The translations under genes were made by a program, and so were the position numbers. A stretch of 64,000 nt of DNA from Narcine bancroftii (lineage: Eukaryota), in contig NC_091469.1 of NCBI RefSeq assembly GCF_036971445.1, forward strand, positions 270,196,001 through 270,260,000, written 5' to 3'. Position 1 is the stretch's first letter. The number at the start of each line of letters is the position of its first letter. This document shows positions 40,101 to 53,696 of the stretch, in pieces. Under the pieces are notes generated by a model that saw nothing but the letters and a program-made list of their open reading frames with translations, had not been told where the DNA came from and did no database searches.

Positions 40101-43100
40101 AAGAGCATTTACAATTCAAGGAAAGCTCGAGTACTAAGTTGCTCCCATAAAATATCCTACCTATGCACTGATCATTTGTCAGTGAATTTATCAGCCTTTC
40201 ATCCAGAGGAATAGATTCAGTATTTATACAGGTAAATAAAGTTGACAGATATTATCAGCCTCTGCAAGAAAACATCAACGGCTACATTGAAGGCTCTGGT
40301 CACCTCACGGATTCTTGCTGAGACTTTTGCTGAATGGAGGACAGCGTACAATTTTAGTCCTGTATCTGAAGGATTACTTTCTTGGGAGTCAGTGCAGAGT
40401 TGGATTCCTGGAATGAGAAGGTTGCCTTTTGAGGCGGAAATGAGCAAGACCTATCTTCACTCATTGGAGTCTAGAAGAGCAAAATACAACCTTAAACATT
40501 CTAATAAAAAAAAACTTTCAGTGAAATGTAGAGGACATAGAACAAAGGAGTATAATCTTAGGAATTTAGCCTTTTAGCGCCAAGATGTCGAGAAACATTT
40601 TTTTCCAAGACTGCAGATTCTGGAAATCTTGAGCTCCTGAATGCTGTCAGATCTACCTTAGTCTCCATAAAGTTTCCCGATCCAAAACAATGACTGACCA
40701 TTTCTATCTATGGATGCTATCCGACCTGCTGTGCACTTCCAGCAGCTCAGGAAAAGGCTAACAGAAATGTGTTGATGACTGAAAGAAACAATGCCCTTGT
40801 ATCTTTGACAGAACATGGTGACATTATAATAATCTTTTGCCATCCCAATGTCACTTCTAAAAGATTCAAATAACAATCTACTCATGCAAGGTTCTCAGAA
40901 TTTTGTTGTTCAGGTGTGATGTTGCACAGGTTCCAATGCAACTACTGTCTTGATATTACAAGATGGCGCAGCTGATAGAACTTCATATTGCATGTAGGAT
41001 CTTGAGAGTCAGCTCTAAAAGACACACATAAACAAGAGCAAATATCTTAACCTCTAGAGAGTAACCTCTAGAGAGTGAGTGATGCCACTTCAAAGAAAAA
41101 AAGGCATTTGTGTTTGGCAAAGTGGTCACTGACACCCATCAGAGCTCAAACCAGATGTTCATAGGATGAGCCTGCCAGGTCAGAAGCAATACTACGTCCA
41201 GTTTATGAATGCCTCTTTGGGAAGGCCTGCAATGAAATCATCCCCATGCCTGCATTAGCTCTTGAATTTAAAAAAAATATTTTCTACCTAAGGGTCAGGA
41301 TCAGGTTTTATAAAATACTGCACAGCAGAATGGCTAGTTCTACATATCGTCCTTCAGGAAAGAGGAAACAGTTTTGTAGGATTCACAAAAAAAAATCTAA
41401 ATTGATTCAAGGGATGAGGATCTTCGATATATGGATAGACTGGAGAAATTAAGGATATCTTCCTTGAAAATGATTGCTAAAGATCAGTGTAGATAATGAG
41501 AAATTCCTCTCAAAAAAAAAGTAAAATAAAGATGACTGGCAAAGATCCTGAAGCCACACATTGGAATTCAGTGCCAGACATAGCAGTGGAACTCAAGGAA
41601 GAATTTGAAAGGAAAGAGTCGTCACAGCTCAGAGAAGAAACCATAGGACTTGGACTAGCTCATTTGCTCTTGCATTGAGCTCATACAGTCTCAACTGGAC
41701 AAATGGTCTCCTCCACTGCTGTACTCACCGTGATTCGGTGAACTTAATCAAGATCAGAATCAATGTATACCCTGTTTCAAGATTGAAGGATGTGAGAATT
41801 AAATAAGACTTGGCCTTCCAGAGTCTAAACCTTGTCCTTACCAAATTATTAGTCTCAGAAGGCCACGTTATCTTCTCTTGTTTCTATTGCTAACATACAC
41901 AATTTGCATAAAGCCAAAATGTGCATTTTGGTGCCATTCAGAATTTGAATTACTTCAAGCTATATAGAAAACATGTAAAAATAATTCTAGGTGCTCATAG
42001 CAAACTTATAATATTCCTATTCTGGACTTAACATTGTTTTTAAAAAAAAAAAAGAATTTCATTTTGAACTAATTGAAATATTAAATAAATTACTTCCACC
42101 CATTTGTGCCTTTTTCAAAGGCGAGAAAATTAAACAGAACAGCAATAAATAAAATGCTTTCTGCAAAGAGAATGCAAGAATAGACAACTTATGGCACAAT
42201 ATTTATAAATCCTATAAATAGCATCAGAATTTCATTAATAAATGCTCTGAATTGAAGCTGTACAGAGAAATCTGAGGTTTGGTTGTCGAAGCACAAGCAT
42301 TCAAAGTGAAAAGCTTCCTGTGTGACAAAGGTCATTCATTGTGAATTCTGTACTGGAAATAGCCCATTTTCCATTGGTAACCTTGAATTCATTCTTAAAA
42401 CCTTTCTGGTGATTTCCATTTCACATCCATGGAGGCAGCCGACAAACTACTACTCGATGATTGTAATGTTGGTGGATATTAAATAAAAATGGTAATCAAT
42501 AGGGTGAGCAGTTTTATGTGCAGGTTAAAATACACTAATTTTAACGTAGGATGGATACCAGTCAGAACTTTGGAATAGCTATGTCTAAAACAATAAATTC
42601 AGGCTTTATTCAGATAAAGAGAGGCAAGCAATATGATATGAAAGATGCCCCATTTCAAAATAGTACCAAAATCTTACAGCGAGATCATCACCAATTTCAT
42701 TCAATTTCAAACATTTGCAATGGAGACAGATGAGGTTCAAAAACTATGGCTTTCATTTTTTAACCATCTTTTGTTGGAAGAAATTTCTCCACATTTAGCT
42801 TTGGATTTTAGATTAACTGGCTAAGTTTGGAAATGGAGAGATAATAGTCAGGTAGATCAATGGAAAATGACATTTCTTTCAAGTGATGTCACCAAGGGGT
42901 TGCATGCAAAGGACAAAGGGAAGATATAAAGATGATAGTTGGAAAAAGTGAGGAAACATTGCAAAAGCAGTATTCCAGGCAATTCTCTGGTTGTAAGTGG
43001 ACAGATAAGAATAGAATAGACTAATTAGTGCAGTTCTTCCCAGCCAAATTAATAGGCACTGAAATCTGATTGTTGTTCCCCACGTCAAAAGGATTAAAAG

Positions 43101-43249
43101 TAAACTCTCTCTGCTCCAAGATGACAAACAATATCAATGAACCTCATAATTTTATCAAAAGCTTATTTTATAAATGTAGATTTATAAAATACATACTTCA
43201 TATTCAAGTCACTTTAATATTTCAGTAGTAAATGTTGCTTTGAAAGTAA

Positions 43250-43625
43250 AGACGCTGCCTTACTTTTCGTGCACTAATTATTATTTTTATTTTATAGTAA
43301 TGTTGCAAAATGGTTATAATATGAATGCTTGCGCTACATGCTGCCGCAAAACACCGAATTTCATGACTTGTTCATGACAATAAATCCTGATACGGAAACA
43401 TAATTGGTGAAAATCACACAGCCATCTTTTGGAGAAATCTGGAGAAACAGAAAATATTTTTTAAACATTTAGACACAGCATGGTAACAGGCCCTTCTAGC
43501 CCACTAGCCTGTGCTACCCAATTACTCCCAAATGACCAACTATCCCAGTATGTTTTGAACCGTGGGAGGATACCAGAGCTCCTAGAGGAATCCCATGCAG
43601 ATACGGGGAGAATGTACAAACTGCT
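43250..43625. mobile_element. Rex1 3' tail (+, about 43250-43392) and an HE1-like SINE (-, about 43460-43625)
   Basis: Direct similarity to 23270-23420 and to the other SINE copies. Confidence 0.6.
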
Positions 43626-43758
43626 TGTCACCCCTTAGAAGTGCTTCTAATTCTTTAATAGGACTATTAGTTGTCTGCTTCCTGTGACTGGATCACCTCT
43701 TGCATTCAATAAAAATCACTAAAATCATCATTCTTAGGTTTGAGCTGAAAGACCTTAC

Positions 43759-43882
43759 CCGCCATGGCTCTTTCCATATTCAATAGCATCATCCAACAGT
43801 TTTTTATAGGTTGGCATCTGAGCAGCAGCAAGAATAAGTGAAGGGTTGGTTGTGGCATCCTGTGGTTTGTATGCATCAATGG
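43759..43882 (-). CDS. TALDO1: Transaldolase, exon 2
   Basis: [24 protein letters not shown], containing the transaldolase signature DATTNPSLI; 124 nt, AG/GT boundaries. Confidence 0.96.
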
Positions 43883-44110
43883 CTGCATAGGAAATGCAAA
43901 AGATTCAGCCACAGGTTACAACTTCAAGCTCGCATCTTAAACAAACATAAGGAATGAAAAAAAATCATGAAATATAGCAGTTTCTCTCATTTTAAGGGGA
44001 ATTGCATATTAATTAATCCCACACTTGCATTTTCCTCTATCTAAAGCAACAAACAAATTAAAACTGTAATTAAGATGTACTGTTAATAATCCACCAATAG
44101 TTTTCTCTAG

Positions 44111-44130
44111 TCAACATGACTCAGCAATTT
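44111..44130 (+). promoter_or_regulatory. Extended antioxidant response element (NRF2/sMAF site) in TALDO1 intron 1
   Basis: TCAACATGACTCAGCAATTT matches TMAnnRTGAYnnnGCRwwww at every defined position and embeds the AP-1 site TGACTCA. Confidence 0.6.
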
Positions 44131-46429
44131 GTATTTTGCCTGGATGTTGAATAACGAGTCAAGGAATGCAGAAGTGGCTCAAATTACAACAAATCACGCA
44201 GCTATTTATAACTCACATACTGATCAAAGAGCCTTGTGCATAATTTGAATGCAGTTTTAAATACTATAGTTGAAAATGAACTTCTTACCTGCAAAGATGC
44301 AAAATGCCACAAAAGCATTAAAATCACCAAAAAAAGCATGACAATCAAATGTTTCTCAAAAATAAACAAATGTTCCTCTCCCTGCACTCTAAAAATCAAG
44401 CTTGTTGCAAAGCTTTATGAATGTGAGAGATAACTTGCTGGACTGCTCGCAGAAGAACCCCAAGTGTAATGTCATAAATAAACCAAGTTCTTAGAGCAAA
44501 TTATAGAAATTTCACAAAGGCAATTAGTCAACTCCACACAAGCTCTATAATTTGCTTCTCAAATTGACCCATTAATCTGACTAACCATTCATTTCCAATA
44601 TTGTTTCAATACAATTTAAAAATTGTACAAGTTATTCATTTGACAAATATCACATCCTCCTTCCAAGGCCAAGTCAGAGCCAGAAATGAAACTGTTTTGC
44701 TGCATAACATTTAATTATCTTCCTCCTACTCCCTCTCCTCCTGCTGGCATTGTAGCGATATTAGGTTGGAACTCCATGGTTAGCCAGCCATTCTGTAGAA
44801 AATTGCTAGCCAGCTAGTGTACAAACAAGAACATGCTACATTTCCATGCCTGCAAATTGCATTGCAGAAATACAGAACATGCTGTTGGTCACAAATGCTC
44901 ATCATCCAGTGGAAATCTTGTAATGTACTAAGCAGAGGGACCCAGACTTCTCATTAGGCTTCTTGGATTAATGATTGCTTCAGCTAGATCATTTGATCAC
45001 TGGCCTTTTCATTTAAGTGTCAAATATGGTCAGGGTGGTACAGGTTGGGAGTTGTCTAGAGGCCTGGATCAAACTTGCAATCGAGCCCATTGATAGGACA
45101 GCAACAGAAGCAAGGTCCTGAGTAGTTGGAAACTGAGCAATCACAGAAGATGGGTTGTGGCCATAGGATCAGTGCAGTGGTTGAATGTAAGAAGTGACTG
45201 GATATGTACAATCTGGTCCATCATCTTTTTGTCAGTTTCATTCAAAACTCATTAGCCATAAGAATAATTCTCGAGGTCCATGCTCAAGAACGGCAGCAGA
45301 CCACAAGGCTTGTAGGCTCTGGGGGAAATCAGCAGACAATTGCAGGGTGGGAGAACATCCACTCCCACCCAACCCTTCCACTGAGGAGAAGCACCACCAC
45401 AGTAGCACACCAGAGGAGCTCAGCAGCTGAAAGACTCGCACAAGCTACTGGAGACTGGCAGTTGACAGACTCACACCAGGCTGCTGAAGAATGGATCATG
45501 GGAGCTAGGTAGCGGGATCAGGGTTCATGAGGGCATCCATGTCAAGAAAAGCTCCCAAAGTGCCTCCGGCACTAACAGTTACCTGATCACATTAGAGGTT
45601 CAGATCGAAGAATTTGGGTTTGCAGGTAGGAGGCCATGGAGCTGCAGAGGAGGGTAGAAGGCAAATCCACAGACACTATAGTGACTATGTAAGGCATCTC
45701 CTTATAATAATAAAGGAATCTTGAAATCCAAGGGGTGAGTTAGGAGGGCAAATTCCAGAGCTCGTTCTCTTGGCAACTGAAGTTCCACCACTCATTGTGG
45801 AGCAATATCAAGACATTCAAGAGATCAGAAATGTTGGAAGCACATATAGTTGCCAAGGGTTTCAAGATTCCTGAGATTAACAAAGAATCTGAAAATACAA
45901 ATGTGAATTTAAAGACGTGATAACCAACCAGGAACTAATGTAGGGAAGCAATGACAAGGCTGAAAAATTATAGAAAGGATGTGAAGATTTTGAGTTACCG
46001 AGCATAATAACCGAGATTGTGAAAATACTGCTCAATGTGACAAAGATGACCCTTATAACTTTGCTAGCCCTCAAAATTAAGCTTGAAGCAAAATAATAAG
46101 ACATTGCCTATTATAATGGTTCTACCTCTTGCTACATCCTTACATTACTTTTATTTGATGGGTCACAACATGTTGATTGTATCCACTAACCATGAACTAA
46201 AATTGAGGCTGGTGGATATGCCCATCTTGAATTCAACAATGTCCTTGTTCCCTCCCTTTCACTTCAGGCAAAAAAAAAGTGCCATGTTGCACAACACGAG
46301 AAGACCAGGTCTTTACCAAATCATAAACTTTACAACTAACAGATATCAGCTATTTCACTACAACTTCCATTTTATTTTCTAAAGCAATTTCAAAGGAGCC
46401 TCACGGAAGAGAATGGATTCAATCTGCCC

Positions 46430-47270
46430 ATCAGTTAACCAGTAGGAATCGCAGACTTGGCTCCTCGAAGAGGTGGCGTTGGTGCTGGGTCACAGGGAAA
46501 GGGGCTGGGTGCCCACAGCACCGTGGGGTGGGGGCAAGGAGCCCGCAGGGAAACTCCTCGGGGAGACAGGGCTGCCAGCCGCCGAGGGGGGCGATAGCAG
46601 GTCAGGGGGCTCCGCGATCCAGGCACAGGGTCAGGCCGGGCACCATCTCCGCCGGGATCCGATCCCCTCGGTCAGGTCCCATCCCCCTAAGAGCGCGGGC
46701 CCGGCTCTCACCGTTGAAGTCGCCGGTGTCGGCCACCACCACCGTCAACTCCTTGAGCTGATCGAGCACCGACGCCATCTTCTGCCTCTTGACCAACGAT
46801 TCGCACTCTGCCATCGCACGGCCGGGTATATCGGGAGGGCGGGCCAGCCGGTGGGTCGCTTCCGCGGGAGGTGGTCGGAGGGAGGCGCGCAGCCAATGGA
46901 CGCTCACCGAGGATGAGGCGAAACGAGTGGGCTCGAGCGACCACCGCGGCTACACCAATAGCTGACGCCCAGCAACAATGTGCCGGCCAATGGGTTAAAG
47001 GTGGTGGGACCCATTCTTGCAGCGTAACCAATGAGAAAAGCCCGAGCTTGTGCGGGAAGGTGATTGGCCGAGACAAAAACCATTGTTCTCTTTACCAATC
47101 ACACGAGCAATGGCATGAGCTTATCCAATGGTATCTGGTAATCTTTATGCAAATCACAACGCGCCACAAGCCAATGACCTTAGCAACTCTATTAAAGCAA
47201 CCAATGGGAGTAATGGCTTCGCCTGTCATTAAAATAAGAGATGAAACAAGGCAGCCTTTGCAGCCAATTC
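46430..47270. promoter_or_regulatory. CpG island and CCAAT-rich promoter of TALDO1
   Basis: GC/CpG-rich block over exon 1. CCAAT at 46893, 46955, 46987, 47028, 47095, 47125, 47171, 47201, 47264; ATTGG at 47063; octamer ATGCAAAT at 47147-47154. Confidence 0.85.
46712..46814 (-). CDS. TALDO1: Transaldolase, exon 1 (MAECESLVKRQKMASVLDQLKELTVVVADTGDFN)
   Basis: VVADTGD motif, G|gtgaga donor. The eight exons sum to 1020 nt = 339 aa plus stop. Confidence 0.96.
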
Positions 47271-47989
47271 AGTATGTTCCCTTGTATTAGATTCCTGCGA
47301 TCTGCAGTTGTCTGATTTTGTAATTTTCTTTTGAAATAAGACATCAGGATCAATGACACAGCCATCAGGTGGGAAACCGATTAAAAAAACCCAAAACAAT
47401 AAATTATTTCCAAAAAATAAAAAAAGTTCAGTCTTTTCACTGTCATCATATCAATACATTCCCATTAATGTACATTGTTACATTTGTTTTCTAAATAACA
47501 CCATTACCCATCCCTGTGGCACCTTGTCGCTTCTTCCCCCTCTGCTGTTTGAGGGACATTCCCTCAGTATCAAACCCTCAATGCCCAGTAATGGGAGGAC
47601 TACACTGTGGTCCTTCCACTCAGGGCCCTTGCATTGGCTGCACTCAGTGCATCCCTCAGCACTACTCCTACAGCCTAGGATGTGCCAGTTGGCAGTATTC
47701 CCTCACTGACATCTCCACATGCTGATGGTTTGAGTCAACAGTATTAGGTGACTGATACAGAAGCAGAAGCCATGTAAGCATTTAAGTTCCACTTGAGCCT
47801 CCTTCCATCTTAGATCATCAATCAGAGTAACTGTCCAATATGCTTGTTCAGCCTCTTTTTAAATGTATGTAATTGCTTTTACCACTCACTGTTGCGAAAG
47901 GTTCCACATTTTAAAGTTTTTTTTCCCTGAAATTCCTATTACATATTAACAGAATTTGTAGAGCTGCTTCCAAATTAAACTATAATTAA

Positions 47990-49131
47990 ACTATAATTTT
48001 GTTGTTAAACATACTTTGAGAATTTGGTTTCCATTTAGATTTTTTTTGTATTTCATAGATTTTTACTTCCTAGCCCTATATCATTTAATTCTTTCCTTCA
48101 CCTTCTGTGGAAGATTCTGCTTTTCATGAAAGATTTAAGTCAGGTATCCTATCTTTTCAGGATTTATTTATTGATAATATTTTATCTTCATTTGAACAAT
48201 GTAAGTTACTTAAGTACAATTTTTTAAAATACTTACAAATTAGCAGTTTTTTAAAAAAATTCACAGTCATTGAGAATTCCTCAGGACCTTGCTATAAACA
48301 CAATAAGGAGGATTTATAATTTTAAACTGTTATCAGTTATATATGATTTACAATTATAGTCTAGGGATAACTCCCTAGATAAGATTTTAAAAATTATGGG
48401 AGCAAGATCTTCAGCTATCATTCTCAGTTACTACATGAGATTCTATCCTAAAATTGGTAAATTCCACCTCTTTATTTGCCCATCATTCATTTCTACAATT
48501 TAAGGTAATACATCAAGCCTACTTTTCTAAAGTTCAATTGGTTAAATGTAATTCTAACATTTCTTTGAATTGTGATAGGTGTAAGACTGAAGAGGATACT
48601 TTGTTACATATGTTTTGGTCTTGTTCCTCTATTTTCAAATTTTGGGAAGATATGTTTCATTCCTTATCTTTATTTCTTAATGCAAATCTAATACCTAATT
48701 CTCTAATTGCTCTTTTTGGATCAACTAAGGTAATTGATTTGAAATGAACTGTGTCTCAATCTCATGTAGTTTTTTTTGCTTCACTTATTGCTAGACAATT
48801 AGATCGAGATATGCTGTCCCTCCTACTCACACTCAATGGTTATACGACATGATGGCATATCTAACTTTGGAAAAAAACTAGATGTTCTTCTAATGTAACG
48901 GAATTAAAATTTTCAAGCTTATGGTGTCCTTTTATTATTTTTTTTCATTAACATATAAGTCAATTTAAATCTTCTCGTGAGTTTGTGGGGTTTTTTTAAT
49001 GGTAGTGAAATTATATGTAATTACCAAATAACTTTGGAAGAGAAGGGGGTAGAATTTGTTGTATAGTATCAATTTATTTTGCTTCATCTTTTTCAGTTAG
49101 CCATATCTTATAACTGATTAAATAATTACTT
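47990..49131 (+). mobile_element. Old L1 3' fragment; its AT-rich 3' UTR appears to resume at about 54170-54320, after the Gypsy insertion
   Basis: ORF 48454..48747 LQFKVIHQAY...CDRCKTEEDTLLHMFWSC is the L1 ORF2 C-terminal motif. Confidence 0.75.
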
Positions 49132-49276
49132 TGTGGTAGACTGAGTGGCCAGCACAGAATGGTGCAGACTCCCCTTCTTTGCTCAGTAGAAATCCGAGTT
49201 TGCAGACTTGTGTGGATTGACGGAGCATGTTACTTCCCTGCTGGCATGTTGTCAAAGAGACAATGACCCTGCAGCA

Positions 49277-49643
49277 TGCTAACTTCACTCCTCTTTGTGA
49301 GGGATGCTGACATCACTCCCTTTGTGAGGCGCGCTGACATCACTTCCCTTTGTGAGGCGCGCTGACATCACTCCCCTTTGTGTGAGACGTGCTGACATCA
49401 TACCCCTTTATGAGGCGTGCTGACATCCCTCCCCTTTATGAGACATGCTGACGTCACTCCCTTTTATGAGACATGCTGACATCACTTCCCTTTGTGAGGC
49501 GCGCTGACATCACTCCCCTTTGTGTGAGACGTGCTGACATCACACCCCTTTATGAGGTGCGCTGACATCCCTCCCCTTTATGAGACATGATGACGTCACT
49601 CCCCTTTGTGAGGCGTGCTGACATTACTCCCCTTTGTGAGGCA
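49277..49643 (+). repeat. 28-bp minisatellite, 13 units, in the Gypsy 5' LTR
   Basis: Consensus GCTGACATCACTCCCCTTTRTGAGRYRY, counted by eye. Confidence 0.92.
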
Positions 49644-52600
49644 CACGATTGTTTAAAATAAAAATCAGTTGGTAGTTGACTCTTCTCTGGTAGCTGTTGT
49701 TTCTTGAGCTCTGCAGTTAGTCCCACTAAATTGGTGACCCTGATGGGTGCTCAATGTTGTTTGAGCCCCAACAGTGAAACATAGTGAGAAAGCCTGCAGA
49801 ATGGATGCCACTACTGCGCTGCACACAGTAGCTGTGAAACTGCCCACCCTCTGGCCTCACAGACCATGTCCATGGTTCCAACAGGCTGAGGCCCAGTTCC
49901 ACATTAGGAACATAACAAATGAAGCCACCAAATTCTGGCATGTAGACGCCTCATTAGATGAAGATTCTGCTGCCAAGGTAGATGAATCTATCAACAACCT
50001 GCCCGAGGAGGAGCAATACAGTGCTTTTAAGGCACACTTCCTTGCAACTTTCAGCATGTCTGACCTGGAAAGAGGCACACGCTTACTTCACCTCGACAAT
50101 TTGGGGGACAGAAGGCCAACAGAACTGATGAATGAAATGCTTGCATTAGAGGATGGCCATTTCAACTGCTTAATGTTCAAGGCAGCTTTCTTGGATCGGC
50201 TCCCTCATGACATCGCCCTGCTATTCTCTTCTGCTGACTTCTCCAGACTTCACAGGGTACTGCAGCCTCCCATGGAAAAGTTTCTACAGGTCACCTTGGA
50301 CAGTCAAATCAATGCAGCAGCATTGCTATGCCCTGCTATGGCATTCCACAATCTACCAAGGAAGAAAAAGCCACTGGAGAACAGTGAGTGGTGTTTCTAC
50401 CACAAAAAGTGGTGCAGGAATGCGCACTGCTGTGTGCCACTGTGCAGTTGCGTGGTTGACTCCCAGGGAAACGACCACGCTAACCGCCACTGATGGCCTT
50501 GGCGGTTGGCACCAGCCCAGCCTGTTATATGCCACTGATCAGAACATGGGATGCAAACTGCTAGTCGACACCAGAGCTCAGCTCACTATCTTCCCGCCAT
50601 CCTCTTATGAGTGGGAATCTTGAGTGCCTCAAGCCGACTTGCACTACAATTAGCAGTTATGGTACCAAGTCAATGCAACTGGTATCAGGCAACACACCTT
50701 ACTGCTGAACTTTCACGCTAGTGGCCGTAGGGCAGCCCATTTTGGGAGCAGACTTTCTGAGGGCACATGACGTTGGTAGATGTGAAAGGGCACCGTTTGG
50801 TCCATGCCACCACATTCCACACATGCCCACTTTCCTCAGGTCATCAGCTGGCAACACTGCTACGTATACAAACACTCACTACTGATGATTTTGTGAACTT
50901 ATTAGCAGAGATACCTGAACTACTTAAACCAGATTTCCATTTAGACTCTCCACGTCATGCACTACTTAACCACCACCGGCCCTCCCCTACATTCGAAGGC
51001 ATGCAGACTTCCCCCTGACTGGCTATTACAGGCCAAAAATAGTTTAAACTATGGAGGAACTAAGCATCATCCGAAGGTCGGATAGTCCTTTGGCATCGCC
51101 ACTCCATAAGGTCCCCGAAGCATCCGGTGGCCTATGACCTTGTGGAGATTACCGACGCCTCAACGGTGCAACTGTGCTGGATAGGAATCCAATACCACAT
51201 ATTCAAGATTTTGCCGCAACCACCATGGCAAACGTATCTTCTCTAAGGTAGACTTAGTAAAAGGTTATCACCAAATCCCAGAGGACATCCCTAAAACAGC
51301 CATTATTACTCCATTTGGTCTATTTGAGTTTCTGAGGATGCCTTTCGGCCTTAAGAAGCCGGCTCAGACATTCCAATGTTTAATGGATGCCATCACGAGA
51401 GATTTGCTTTTCCTTTTCGTCTACCTTGATGACATCTTAGTGGCCAACGAGTCAATACAAGAGAACAGACAACACCTGTGACAATTGTTCCAGAGGCTTT
51501 GGGATTTTGGCCTTTCTATCAACCTTGCGAAGTGTGCATTTGGCAAACATACAATTGACTTTTTGGGTCACAGGATTTTGAACACAGGCACAACCCCACT
51601 TCCAGACTAAGTATCAGCCATTCGGGCCTTCCCAAATCTCACTACAGTTAAAGGGCTACAAGAATTCCTGCGAATGGTTAACTTTTATAACAGGCTCATC
51701 CCAGCAGCTGCCAGGATCATGAAGCCCTTGTTCCATATCCTCACCGGCAAACCTAAAAAACTGCTCTGGAATGCAAAGGCCACAGAAGCATTTGACAAAA
51801 CAAAAGAGTCGCTTTCAAAGGTAACCATGTTGGCCCACCCCCAAATGCACGCCCCACTTGCGCTCAAGTCAGTCACATTGGACATTATTGCGGGGGAGGT
51901 TCTAGAACAGAAAATCAGCAGTCATTGGCAACCCCTGGCATTTTTCAGCTGCCACCTACACCCGTCCGAATTAAAGTACAGCTTTTTTGACCGGGAGCTG
52001 TTAGCAATTTATCTGGCCATCAAACATTTCAGATATTTTCTCAAGGGCAGGCATTTTACTGCATTTGCTGACCATAAGCCTCTAACATTTGCCCTTGCCA
52101 AGATTACAGATCCCTGGTTGGCGCATCAACAGAGACATCTAGCCTATATTTCTGAATTTACCTCTGATGTGCAGCATTTGTCCAGTAAAGACAATGTTGT
52201 AGTTGATGCCTTGTCTAGAACAGAGGTAAAATGATTACATGAGGGCCAGATCTCCGGGCTCTCACAATAGCCCAACAAGAGGACCAGGATTACAAGCTTT
52301 CCATACAGCTATAACGGACCTGCTCTTAGCTGACATTCCACTGGGCCCCAACCAGGTGACATACTCTGTGATACTTCAACCAATCGCCCACAACCAATCA
52401 TCCCACTGTCTTGGCAGAGGAAACTTTTCAAACATGTTCATGGCCTGTCCCATCCACACAACTGTCAAGCTTATGTCCTCAAAATATATCTGGCATGGCT
52501 TAAAAAAGCATGTCACTCACTGGGCACAATCGTGCCTCTCCTGCCAGGCAGTTAAGGTGCAATGGCACACCTAAGCACCACTTCAACAATTTCCACCTAC

Positions 52601-53696
52601 GACTCAAAGGTTTGAGCATGTACACATAGGCATTGTGGGCTTGCTGCCCATGTCCAGAGGTCAATGGTATATAATAACAATGGTTGACTGTTTTACCCAC
52701 TGGCCAGAAGCTACACTAATGATGGACATCACAGCTGAAATGTGTACTCGGACCTTTCTCTCGACCTGGGTTGCTTGATTCGGAGTACCAGTCCATCTAA
52801 CCTCTAACAGGGGAACTCAGCTTACTTCAACCTTGTGGGCAAACCTGGCGAGACTTTGTGGTATCCAATTACACCATTCTATGGTGTACCTCCCATAGGC
52901 TAATGGGCTAGTGGAATGTTTCCATCAGCATTTGAAACAAACCTTGCAGGCAAGACTTAACGGGCCTCAGTGGGCAGATGAGTTACCATGGGTGCTGTTG
53001 GGTATTAGAGTGGAACCTAAGGATGACCTGGAGACCTCTTCAGTAGAATTAGTTTACGGTGCTCCACTCCTAGTACTGGCAGACATCACTCCTTCTCCAG
53101 CCAAAGATAGATCCTCGGTTACATAGGAATTACAAGAACTAAGAAACACGATGGGTTTCCTGGCTCCAGTTCCTGCAAGTCATCATGGATCATCGCCTAC
53201 ACACATTCCTGCTGCTCTCGACTCTACTTCTTACACCTTTGTTCAACATCCATCTCATACTACACTCCTGCAGCAACCTTACAAGAGGCCTTATAAAGTG
53301 CTGCAGCACAATGAATCCACGGTGCTATTGGACATTGCTGGTCCACCAGAACTTTTTACATGAGACAGACTGAAGTCTGCACACATGGACATTGCTGAAC
53401 CTGCGCATGTCCCACCTCCCAAGCACTGGGGACACCCTCTTAAAATACTCAAAGTTGTGACATTGCAGCCATACAACGATTCTGGGCCAGTGGTGGGGGG
53501 GTGGGGGGGTGACATGGCGGATCAAGCAGCCACACAGCTAGACAGGCAGAATCGCCGCATTGAGCGGCCGGCACAGAATAGTGCTGGCTTCCTTTGTTTG
53601 CCCAGGAGAAGCCCGCGTTTGCAGACTCGTGTGGGTTGACGGAGCGTGTTGCTTCCCTGCTGGCATGTTGCCAGAGAGACAATGACTCTGCAGCAC

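Noticed and set aside
41048-41075. 14-bp tandem duplication (TAACCTCTAGAGAG x2)
   Set aside because: Isolated micro-duplication in an intron, most simply slippage or repair; no associated element.
46435-47290. Several overlapping ORFs (up to 147 aa) around TALDO1 exon 1
   Set aside because: Expected from stop-codon scarcity in a CpG island; only the TALDO1 exon 1 frame is recognisable.
49774-50493. Open 239-aa gag ORF as a domesticated gene
   Set aside because: It sits in its normal place within a decayed Gypsy element and shows CpG-type substitutions in conserved motifs; no evidence of selection from the sequence alone.
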